DNA of 64,000 nucleotides from an uncultured Myxococcales bacterium (GTDB taxonomy: Bacteria > Myxococcota_A > UBA9042 > CAIXZC01), in NCBI GenBank assembly GCA_903895725.1, contig CAITUV010000063.1:51902-115901 (forward strand), written 5' to 3'. Below, one piece after another: positions 53,176 through 61,460 of this stretch (the first letter of the stretch is position 1; each line of letters begins with the position of its first letter). The translations under genes and the position numbers were made by a program. The notes under the pieces are model-generated. The model did no database searches, had not been told where the DNA came from, and saw only the letters and a program-made list of their open reading frames with translations.

Positions 53176-53643
53176 CTATTTCTCTGGATTGACCGGCGAG
53201 AACGTCCGGGTGGTCCCGGAGTCCGCATCGGTCGCTTCCATGGAGGTCATGGCCCGCCCGTTCTCACGGACCGAGGAGGTGAGGAAGTAGGCGCTCAACA
53301 TGGCCAGGAGCGCAAACACCAACACCAGCAGATGGGCCACCTTGAAGCGGTGGCCGGCAGGTTCGTTCTCGTGCATCGGAACGCCGGCAAACGGGGCGGC
53401 CAGGGAGTTGGGCGAAGTCTGGGTGTCGAGCAGCTCCAGCGCCCGTTCGGCGGGCTGGCGGAGCTGTTCCATGTATGAGCGGACAAAGCCCCGCAGAAAA
53501 ACGCCCTGCGGGCAAGCGTCCAGGCGGTCGTCCTCGATGCTCTGGAGGAGCGAAGACCGGATGCGGGTCGCGGAGGAAATCTGCTCCAGGGAAACGCCGG
53601 CTTTCTGTCGCTGCTGCTTCAGATAGTTGCCTATGGTCTCCAT
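53176..53643 (-). CDS. RodZ-like HTH protein with TM, lacking the periplasmic domain
   Basis: IGNYLKQQRQKAGVSLEQISSATRI..SIE..FLRGFVRSY; one TM. Confidence 0.85.
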   Translation of the reverse strand: METIGNYLKQQRQKAGVSLEQISSATRIRSSLLQSIEDDRLDACPQGVFLRGFVRSYMEQLRQPAERALELLDTQTSPNSLAAPFAGVPMHENEPAGHRFKVAHLLVLVFALLAMLSAYFLTSSVRENGRAMTSMEATDADSGTTRTFSPVNPEK

Positions 53644-53689
53644 CGATTCTCCTTCCCCGTCAAACCGGGCCAGAGGGTCAACCCTGCAA

Positions 53690-53718
53690 CCTCTAGCAAA
53701 CCGCCCCTTTCATGTCAA
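53690..53718 (-). promoter_or_regulatory. Putative sigma70 promoter of the HTH-recO unit
   Basis: TTGACA-N17-TAGAGG with TGn extension. Confidence 0.5.
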
Positions 53719-53802
53719 CCAAAACTTGGCTGAACCAGGAGGGCACGGGCATCTGCGGGTGGGGTGGAACCGACACGGCGGTCGGAGGAGCCCGCTGAAG
53801 GA

Positions 53803-54558
53803 CTACAGGCGGGTGGTATACGGGAAGCGGAAGTGGAGCAGCAGGTAGACCTGCCCGTTGTGCCAGATGCTCTTGTCGAGGAGGTCGTCCCCAAGCTCCT
53901 GCCAGAAGTCCCGACCCACCCGCTGAGGCACATAGAGATACGAGTCCCAACCGACCGAGACCAGGAAGGACCGGGCCAGCGCGATCTGGATGTCCAGCCG
54001 GGCATCCACTCCCGGTCGGAGGAAGTGCATGGAATCCGAGTCGAAGCCCTCGTCCTCCCACTTCGTCCCTGCCATCCAGGCATAGGTGAGCACGGCACCG
54101 CCGGAGATCGACACTTTGAGCGGTCCGGCATTCACGAGCGAGAGGCCCAGCGAGACGGGCCTCCAAGTGATCCCCCACATCTGTGTGTCCTGCACCGCAG
54201 GAGAGAGCAGCAGCGACTCCGGCAGCCACCAGAACGGCTTGTACGAAAGCTCCTTGATGCCCGCCGCGGCTTTGCGGTACTTCTTCGGAATGCGGTCCTT
54301 GTTCGCCTGAATGGTCTCCTGATCGATGATCGCAGCGAGATCCAGCTTCAATCCCCAGTGTGCGAGCTGGCCTCCCAGTGCACCGAAGAAGTGATTTCCC
54401 GTGGGCCCGATTGCGAGGTCCACCGGAACGGTCACCTCCGCCTTGGCTTTCTTCTTTCCCTTCTTGCCCTTCTTCTTGGCCGCTTCGACCGGGGCCGATA
54501 CGGTGCACACCACCGCCACCAGCATCACCAGGAAGAGGCTCAGCAGTCGCATTCTCAT
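53803..54558 (-). CDS. Hypothetical exported protein, possibly an outer-membrane barrel, with Lys-rich N-terminus
   Basis: Signal peptide ending VEA; AKKKGKKGKKKAK; amphipathic strands. Confidence 0.75.
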   Translation of the reverse strand: MRMRLLSLFLVMLVAVVCTVSAPVEAAKKKGKKGKKKAKAEVTVPVDLAIGPTGNHFFGALGGQLAHWGLKLDLAAIIDQETIQANKDRIPKKYRKAAAGIKELSYKPFWWLPESLLLSPAVQDTQMWGITWRPVSLGLSLVNAGPLKVSISGGAVLTYAWMAGTKWEDEGFDSDSMHFLRPGVDARLDIQIALARSFLVSVGWDSYLYVPQRVGRDFWQELGDDLLDKSIWHNGQVYLLLHFRFPYTTRL

Positions 54559-54576
54559 GGCAACCTCCCCGGGGGG

Positions 54577-55074
54577 TCAGTTTTGCGGGCTCCCCTCGTT
54601 CTCTTCTTCCACGAACGGCGACCGCCGGGCAGCCGGGTCCTTGGGCGGACCGATGGCCTCGATGTACCAGCTTCCCCGCTTTCGGGCCCAGTGCTGGACC
54701 TCGAGGCCCGTCTGGACCGTGGTATCCCTCGTCGTGTACCAGGAGTAGCGGACCAGGACCAGCGCATGATCCTTGTCCGCCCCTTCAGCCACCTCCACCA
54801 CCTCGCTTTCGGCCAGCTCCAACGACTCGGAGCGCTTGCGGATGGCCTGGGCCAGGCCTCCGTCCTTGCCGACCGCGTAGCGGGCCACCCCGGGATAGTG
54901 CTTCCAAGTTACCGCCTCGACCAGGTCCCGGACGGCCAGGGGAAGCTCCCGGGACGGGTCGCTGACCGGAGAACAGGAAGGCATCCAGCAAACCAGAAGG
55001 GCCATGGCACCCAGACCAACCACCGCCGAGCAGGCTCTCCCAGCAAAGCTCCAGGTGGGGAGGGTGCCCCGCAC
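54577..55074 (-). CDS. Hypothetical small lipoprotein
   Basis: LLVCWMPSC lipobox-like motif; globular downstream region; start uncertain (GTG 55074 or ATG 55005). Confidence 0.65.
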   Translation of the reverse strand: MRGTLPTWSFAGRACSAVVGLGAMALLVCWMPSCSPVSDPSRELPLAVRDLVEAVTWKHYPGVARYAVGKDGGLAQAIRKRSESLELAESEVVEVAEGADKDHALVLVRYSWYTTRDTTVQTGLEVQHWARKRGSWYIEAIGPPKDPAARRSPFVEEENEGSPQN

Positions 55075-55156
55075 CCGAGCAGAGTCAAGGAGCCCATGAC
55101 CTGAGCTGGCACTGGAAATCAAGCAGGAAGGGCGTTCTGGACGCACGGAGCCGACC

Positions 55157-58100
55157 CTACTTGGCCGGCTCGGCCGGCTTGTCAGCGGGGGCAGCGGCAG
55201 CAGGCTGGGCACCTTCGGCCGGCTTGTCAGCGGGGGCAGCGGCAGCAGGCTGGGCACCTTCGGCCGGCTTGTCAGCAGGGGCAGCGGCAGCAGGCTGGGC
55301 ACCTTCGGCCGGCTTGTCAGCGGGGGCAGCGGCAGCAGGCTGAGCGCCTTCGGCCGGCTTGTCAGCAGGGGCAGCGGCAGCAGGCTGGGCGCCTTCGGCC
55401 GGCTGAGCGGCTCCCTCGGCTTCCTTCTTCGCCTCCGCCTCGGCCTTGGCCTTCTCCTCCTCCAGCTTCTGCTTGCGGACGGAGTCGAACTGGCGGATGG
55501 CCGTGTCCGACACGATCTCGAAAAGCGGGTAGGATTCCTTGACGGCCGCGATCTGGGCCTCGTCGAGCTTCTTGTCCGCCAGGGCCTGCGCCAGAAGGCG
55601 GTCGATGGTGCCCCGGATCGGAGTGGTCAGGGCCGCATACCGGGCGAAGGTCTCGTCCGGGATTCCCCAGCGCTTCTGCGTCTCGGTGTCCCCAAACACC
55701 GCAATATCCTGGAAGAGATGCCACAAATCGTCATAATTCTCCATGAGGAAGTCGACCAGATTCGCATCAGCCGAGAAGAACTTCGCGGCATCGAAATCCT
55801 GGTTAGCGGCATCCTCGACCAGGGAGCGGGCATTCCATTTCTGGGTGGCCGGATCCTGCTCGGACCATTCGAGCTTGGCGTTGTAGACGAGGATGGCACC
55901 GAGCGTGTACTTCTCGGGCAGCTCGAGGAATTCCCGATATTCCTTGAGGTCGGCCTCGGACACGCCGCGGACGCCCTGGCTCTTGTCGAAGTCTTCCTTG
56001 GCCATGCCGAGGGCGATGCCGACGAACTTGTCGATCACGCCGCGCAGGTCGGGGTCATCCAGGGCCCACTTCTTGGTCTTGGCCAGGGTCTTCTGGACCT
56101 TGACCTCGAGGATGCCCTGCTCGACTGCGGCCTTCAGGTAGGCCCGGGCCTTGGCCTTGATATAGAACTTGCGTTCGATTTCCCTCTTCATGAGCCCGAG
56201 AATGACGGCGGAACGATAGATGTCCTGAGTGAATCCAAAAAAGTCGAGCTTCTTCTTTGTAAGCTTGTCCTCTGCCTCTTTCTGACAGGCGATCGAGGTG
56301 TTTTCGATGTACTTCTCGACCGCTGCGGTATCGCTTGCGGGCGGGTAGTCCTTGATCTTGGTGAAGCAGATGTAGCGGACGGCCTTCTGGTACTTGCGCA
56401 TGAGCTCGGCCAGCTTCTCCTTCTGCTGCTGGTAGCGCTCCTGGCGTTTCTTGATTTCGTCGCGGTAGGTCTTCTCGAGCTCGTCTGCGGTGAGGGCGAG
56501 GTCGGCGAGCATGCGCTGGCGGACCTTCTCGATCTCATCCGGGGAGAGGAGTTTGTCCTTGAGGGCGCTGACCTTGAGCTCCTGGAACTCCTTGGCCAGT
56601 GCGATGCCCTTGATGGCATTCTGGGCGACCAGGCCGAGCGTGGCGCCGGTGCCGAAGTAGTCGGAGACGTCGAGGGCCTCGGTGGCGACCTTCTGGAGGA
56701 GCTCCAGGGAGCGGGCGGTGCCGAGGTACTTGAAGCCGGCGATGGCCATGAGGCGCTTGACCTTGAGGTCGGAGCCGAGCCAGTCTTCGACCAGCGGGGT
56801 GACCTTGGCGTCGACACGCTTGTCGAGCTCGGCCATGAAGGCCGGGTCGATGAGGAAGTCGGGCTTCTCGGCCGGAGCGGCGGGGGCAGCGGCAGCGGCC
56901 TCGGCGGGCTTGTCCGCGGCGGGGGCAGCGGCGGGGGCAGCGGCAGCGGCCTCGGCGGGCTTGTCCGCGGCGGGGGCAGCAGCGGGGGCAGCGGGGGCAG
57001 CGGCGGCAGCAGCGGCGGCAGCGGCGGCCTGCTCCTTCTGCCATCGGTCCTCGAACTCCTTGAGAAGGGCTTCACGCTGTTTCTCGACGAGCGGGTCGAG
57101 GAAATCGGAAACGACTCCGTAGAAGAATTTGGCCGCGTGGAATCCCTTGACCGAGAGGTAGGCCTTCCAGCTGGTGTGCTTCTCCCCGTCGACTTCCTTC
57201 TCGATGACCAGGGGGACGTCCTTGAGTCCCTGGACCTGGGACTTTTCGAGGAAGATCTGGGCCTGCTTGAGGCGGCCCATTCCGGTGCTGTCGCGGATTT
57301 CCGGGAGCTTGGTGACGATGACAGAGAGCACCTTGTCGATGTGCTTGTTGACTTCTTTTTCCGGGACGACGACGTCGAACATCCTCTCTGCGATGATCAG
57401 GGCCTCGTACTGGCTGGCCGGGTCGATCTTGGGGTTGCGGGCGAGGTCGAGAAGATAGAGGACCGCTGCGGTGGAGTCGAACTTCTCGACGAGGACGATA
57501 TCCTGGGGGTCGAAGAAGGCTTCCTTGTCGGTATCCATCTGCTTGAACAGGGCCTTGTGCTGGCGCTTGAGGGCTTCCAGGGCATCGGCCTTGTACTTGA
57601 TGGCAACGGCCTTCCTCTCTGCGTTATCATCGTCCGGGTTGTAGAAGGAGAAGATGTACTCGATCCAGTTGAGCAGGCTCCAGGATTCGGACTCGACGCG
57701 CTTCTCAATCATGATCAGCACGTAGGGCACGGCGAAGTCGCCGAGGTCGCGGACCTGGTTGAGGGCGAGCTTCTTGCTCACCAGCTCCCAGATTTCCTCC
57801 TTGGACTTCTCGACGGCAACACCGGCAAAGGACCAGGCGGTGAGAGCCTTCTGGGAGTCGATGCGGTGCTTCTCGTCCATGGTGCCGAGGAGCTGGAACA
57901 GGCCGTCGCGGGCGCTCTGGGCCTGCTCTTCGGTGCCGGAGCTCAGCGACTCGATGAGCTTTTCCGCCACGGCGGAGGCGAGCTCTTCGGGATTGGGATA
58001 CTTGGTGACGATGCCTCGGATGCTCGCGGACCAGCCGTTCTCCACGAGAACCTGAATGGCTCGGGTCTTGATGTGAAGCGGCTGAGCTTCATCCTGCATC

Positions 58101-58255
58101 AGCTCGCCGATCCGCTTGAGCCCCTCCTCATTCTGGGACCATTTCGTGAGATCCTCGTCGGTGATGGGGCCGCACGAGGCAGCCAGGGAGACCAGGGCCG
58201 CAAACACGATTGCCACGATGCCCTTTCCTCGACTGGAGAAGCCCTGAAGTTGCAT
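55157..58255 (-). CDS. Large alpha-helical lipoprotein with Ala/Pro-rich repeat linkers
   Basis: GAGGAGGG RBS; lipobox LAASC; helical charged sequence; internal and C-terminal PA-rich repeats. Confidence 0.85.
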   Translation of the reverse strand: MQLQGFSSRGKGIVAIVFAALVSLAASCGPITDEDLTKWSQNEEGLKRIGELMQDEAQPLHIKTRAIQVLVENGWSASIRGIVTKYPNPEELASAVAEKLIESLSSGTEEQAQSARDGLFQLLGTMDEKHRIDSQKALTAWSFAGVAVEKSKEEIWELVSKKLALNQVRDLGDFAVPYVLIMIEKRVESESWSLLNWIEYIFSFYNPDDDNAERKAVAIKYKADALEALKRQHKALFKQMDTDKEAFFDPQDIVLVEKFDSTAAVLYLLDLARNPKIDPASQYEALIIAERMFDVVVPEKEVNKHIDKVLSVIVTKLPEIRDSTGMGRLKQAQIFLEKSQVQGLKDVPLVIEKEVDGEKHTSWKAYLSVKGFHAAKFFYGVVSDFLDPLVEKQREALLKEFEDRWQKEQAAAAAAAAAAAPAAPAAAPAADKPAEAAAAAPAAAPAADKPAEAAAAAPAAPAEKPDFLIDPAFMAELDKRVDAKVTPLVEDWLGSDLKVKRLMAIAGFKYLGTARSLELLQKVATEALDVSDYFGTGATLGLVAQNAIKGIALAKEFQELKVSALKDKLLSPDEIEKVRQRMLADLALTADELEKTYRDEIKKRQERYQQQKEKLAELMRKYQKAVRYICFTKIKDYPPASDTAAVEKYIENTSIACQKEAEDKLTKKKLDFFGFTQDIYRSAVILGLMKREIERKFYIKAKARAYLKAAVEQGILEVKVQKTLAKTKKWALDDPDLRGVIDKFVGIALGMAKEDFDKSQGVRGVSEADLKEYREFLELPEKYTLGAILVYNAKLEWSEQDPATQKWNARSLVEDAANQDFDAAKFFSADANLVDFLMENYDDLWHLFQDIAVFGDTETQKRWGIPDETFARYAALTTPIRGTIDRLLAQALADKKLDEAQIAAVKESYPLFEIVSDTAIRQFDSVRKQKLEEEKAKAEAEAKKEAEGAAQPAEGAQPAAAAPADKPAEGAQPAAAAPADKPAEGAQPAAAAPADKPAEGAQPAAAAPADKPAEGAQPAAAAPADKPAEPAK
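55172..55396 (-). repeat. In-frame 45-bp tandem repeat, 5 copies (EGAQPAAAAPADKPA)
   Basis: Direct inspection. Confidence 0.93.
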
Positions 58256-58286
58256 GGAAAACCCTCCTCACAGGTCAGCTCCGGCC

Positions 58287-58314
58287 ACTCTAGCACGCTC
58301 CCCCCGAAAGTCAA
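58287..58314 (-). promoter_or_regulatory. Putative sigma70 promoter of 55157-58255
   Basis: TTGACT-N16-TAGAGT with TGn extension. Confidence 0.5.
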
Positions 58315-58392
58315 GGGTGCAAAACCATGCAAGACATGGGATATTATGGGGTCTGCGTGGTCGCGCCGGACGCCCCGTCGGGCCGGTGGAGG

Positions 58393-58421
58393 TTGACACC
58401 CGCAACCCGATGCTTTACAAC
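58393..58421 (+). promoter_or_regulatory. Putative sigma70 promoter of the foldase operon
   Basis: TTGACA-N17-TACAAC; GAGG RBS before ATG 58443. Confidence 0.55.
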
Positions 58422-58442
58422 CGTTTCGCTTCGAGGTGGCGA

Positions 58443-58988
58443 ATGCGGCGGCTTTCCATCCCCGGACTCATGGTGCTTGCGGCCCTTGTGGCCACCGCAG
58501 TCACCGTGCTGGCCTTTTTTCCGCCGGAGAAGCCCCAGATCCGCCAGTATCGGATCGGTGAGCAGGGGTTGGCCGAGGAAGAACGGCTCCGCCGCGTGCA
58601 CCTGGAGGAGATCGTCCTCCTGGAGATCGACGGCCAACCCATCACGGCCCAGGAGCTGGCCGACGCGCTGGGGCGCCTTCCCCCGTACCAGCGCTACTAC
58701 TACTCCAACCCGGACAAGGTCGAGGTCTTTGCCCAGAACTACGCGCTTCTGCACCTGCTTGCCCGGCAGGCGGTCGATTCCGGGGTCGATGTCGACCCCT
58801 ACGTGCGGCTGGCCCTGGAAGAAGAGCTGGCCGGTCGATACAAGTCCGATTGGCTGGCTGCCGAAGTCAAGGCGTCGGATCTGCCGGCCGCGGAGAAGGA
58901 CTCCTCTGCCCGGGCCGCATTGCTTGAAGAACGGCGGCAGGCCGCCTGGGCGGCCCATCTTCGAAAGCTGACCCCCAAGAACCCATGA
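58443..58988 (+). CDS. Membrane-anchored SurA/PrsA N-domain-like protein without a parvulin domain
   Basis: TM; LLEIDGQPITAQEL..LL..QAVDSGVD.DP.V. Confidence 0.7.
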   Translation: MRRLSIPGLMVLAALVATAVTVLAFFPPEKPQIRQYRIGEQGLAEEERLRRVHLEEIVLLEIDGQPITAQELADALGRLPPYQRYYYSNPDKVEVFAQNYALLHLLARQAVDSGVDVDPYVRLALEEELAGRYKSDWLAAEVKASDLPAAEKDSSARAALLEERRQAAWAAHLRKLTPKNP

Positions 58989-58997
58989 GGTAGCTCC

Positions 58998-60296
58998 ATG
59001 TCTGGATTCCGTGCCCTGATTCCTTGTCTCGTGGCCGCGCTGATGGGGACCGCATCCTGCGGTCGGACTCAGGCCCCTGCCAACCCCGCTCCGGCTCCAA
59101 CCGATCCGGCCAAGGGGGCGGCCTCGAGCGAGGCATCCACGGGACCCGCCGCCCCCGGTGAGCCGGCCGGCAAGACCGACAACGCTGTCGCTGCCGGGGA
59201 GGCCGGAAAGGCCGGGGCTCAGGCCGAGGCCGGCAAGGAACCGCAGGCCGAGGCCTCCGGCGAGGCCGGCAAGACGGAGGAAGAACGTCCTGCACAGGGA
59301 GCGGAGGCATCTCCCGAGGCGGACAGGGCCCGGAAGACCCGACAGCTCGCCTCCGAGCATGCCCCGGCCCCGGGCGAGCCCGTGGTCGCCTGGACCGAGG
59401 GGAAGAAGGTCTTCCGGCCTGACTTCGAAAGCTACGTCGCCCGCTTGCCCGTGTTCCAGAAACGGGAGCTGGCATCGCTCGAGAAGAAACGGGAGCTCCT
59501 GCTCAACTACATCAAGTTCGACACCCTGGCCGACCTCGCCGTGAAGGAAGGGCTCGACCGCGACCCGGACGTGCTGCTCGCTGCCAGAACTGAGATGGTA
59601 AAAAAGTATATCCAAAAGAAGTTTGGTGAAGATGTAAAGGTTGATGTATCTGAATCGGAAATAGTTCAACAATATGAAAGAGATATATCCATGTACAATA
59701 AACCCGAGAGGGTCCGGGTGAGTCACATCCTCCTGCCCGACCGGGTCCAGGCTCAAAACGTGCTCCAGGAGCTCAAGAGCGTGCTGGCCTCCCCCGATAC
59801 CAGCACCCGGCAGGTGTTCCGGGATTTCGTCCGCAAGTACAGCGTGGACGAAGCAACCAACAGCCGGGGAGGGGATCTCCTGTTCTTCTCGCGCGACGGC
59901 CAGGTGGACGGGAGCGAGGTGAAGGTGGACCCCGCTGTCGTCTCTGCAGCGTTCGCGATGCAGAACATCGACCAGATCAGCGACGTGATCGAAGGGAAGG
60001 ACGGGTTCCACATCCTGACGCTCATGAATCGCCGGGAGAAAGTGGAGAAGCCGCTCGAATCGGTCCGGGAGGACATCCGGCAGAACATCGCCCGGGAGAA
60101 GCTGGATCGGGACCGCCGGGAGTTCATGGACACGCTGGTCGATTTCTCGGCCTGGCAGGTCGAGGCAGGGGAGCTCAACAAGGTGGTGGTCGAGGATGTT
60201 CCGCCGTCGCCGGCTGCGGTCAAGGAGCGGGTGGACAGCATCAAGGCCCCGGGGAAGGAAGCCCCCGCCACCAAGGAAGGGGAGCAGGTGCAATGA
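58998..60296 (+). CDS. PpiC/parvulin-type peptidyl-prolyl isomerase lipoprotein
   Basis: Lipobox TASC; PERVRVSHIL, SVDEATNSRGGDL, AAFAM, GFHIL. Confidence 0.92.
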   Translation: MSGFRALIPCLVAALMGTASCGRTQAPANPAPAPTDPAKGAASSEASTGPAAPGEPAGKTDNAVAAGEAGKAGAQAEAGKEPQAEASGEAGKTEEERPAQGAEASPEADRARKTRQLASEHAPAPGEPVVAWTEGKKVFRPDFESYVARLPVFQKRELASLEKKRELLLNYIKFDTLADLAVKEGLDRDPDVLLAARTEMVKKYIQKKFGEDVKVDVSESEIVQQYERDISMYNKPERVRVSHILLPDRVQAQNVLQELKSVLASPDTSTRQVFRDFVRKYSVDEATNSRGGDLLFFSRDGQVDGSEVKVDPAVVSAAFAMQNIDQISDVIEGKDGFHILTLMNRREKVEKPLESVREDIRQNIAREKLDRDRREFMDTLVDFSAWQVEAGELNKVVVEDVPPSPAAVKERVDSIKAPGKEAPATKEGEQVQ

Positions 60297-61330
60297 GAGC
60301 GGCCTGGATGGCAATCGTGCTCCTGGCGTTGCCGGCATCGGTCCGGTCGCAGGAGAGTCCTCCCGGGGAGCTCCTGGACGGGATCGTGGCGGTGGTCGGA
60401 GAAGAGCCCGTTACCCGCTCGGAGCTGTCCGAGATGCTGGTCTTCCAGGGGCGTCTGCTCAAGGCCCGCAAGGATGCCGGAATGTCGGCCGAAGAGGCGG
60501 ACCGGGAGTTCCACAAGCTGCAGGAGGAGACCTTGCGGCACCTGGTGGACAACCGCCTGATCCTGTTGGCGGCCAAGGCGGACGGGATGTCGGTCACGGA
60601 CGAGGTCCGGCGCCGGATCGAGAAGCTGAAGGCCTCGTTTTCCGGGGATGTGAAGCGACTGGAGAAGTACCTGTCCGCTCAGGGGTTCGTGTCGCTGGCC
60701 GACTACGAGCGGCAGATGGGGGAGGAGATGCTGCGGCAGCGGATGGTGTTTGCCCAGGTGAGGCCGCGGGCCGAGATCTCCGAGCGGGAGGCGCAGGCTG
60801 CGTTCGAGGAGCGGTTCCTGGGCAAGCGGGCCGAGGCACTGGAGTGTTCCGGGGCCGTGGTGTCGCAGTATGCGCTCGAGCAGGTCTGGTTCCCCCTGCC
60901 GGAGGATGCCGGGCCCGAGCGCGTGCTGGCCGCCTACGGGCAGGCCTACTCGTGTTACCTGCGGATTGCCCGGGGCGAGTTCGGAGGGGCCGAGGCTCCG
61001 GACCGGTGTGCGGGGGAGGTGACCCCTCAGTTCGGCGACCTGGGCGAGGTGGACGAGACCAAGACGTTCGAGCGCTCCTTCCAGGATGCCTTCGATGAGC
61101 TTCGAAAGACCCCCGGGGCGCAAAGCTCGGCCCCGTTCCTGCACAAGGACGGAGTTCGGATCCTGCGGATCACCGGAACGCGGGAGGAGTGCATCGACGA
61201 CCCGGAGGAGGTGGCGCAGCTTCGGGACACGCTGAAGGCCCGCCTGGAAGAGGAGAAGTTCGAGAAGGTCCTCGAGTGGTGGCTCGACGAGCTTCGGGGG
61301 AAATTCCGCGTGGAGCTCAAGCCCCTTTGA
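60293..61330 (+). CDS. SurA-like periplasmic chaperone with degenerate parvulin domain
   Basis: Signal peptide; LLDGIVAVVGEEPVTRSE; LVDNRLIL; final W..ELR..F.VE; catalytic His motifs not seen. Confidence 0.82.
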   Translation: MRAAWMAIVLLALPASVRSQESPPGELLDGIVAVVGEEPVTRSELSEMLVFQGRLLKARKDAGMSAEEADREFHKLQEETLRHLVDNRLILLAAKADGMSVTDEVRRRIEKLKASFSGDVKRLEKYLSAQGFVSLADYERQMGEEMLRQRMVFAQVRPRAEISEREAQAAFEERFLGKRAEALECSGAVVSQYALEQVWFPLPEDAGPERVLAAYGQAYSCYLRIARGEFGGAEAPDRCAGEVTPQFGDLGEVDETKTFERSFQDAFDELRKTPGAQSSAPFLHKDGVRILRITGTREECIDDPEEVAQLRDTLKARLEEEKFEKVLEWWLDELRGKFRVELKPL

Positions 61331-61460
61331 GCACACAGTCCGTTTGATTCCTTCCTTCAACTAGCTGAAATCGCAAGAAAAAATCTGGAGATCCGCGCGG
61401 CCGACCCGCCTGGTGACGATAACGGTGGCGACAACTGCCACACAACCAGGAGGGGCAACG

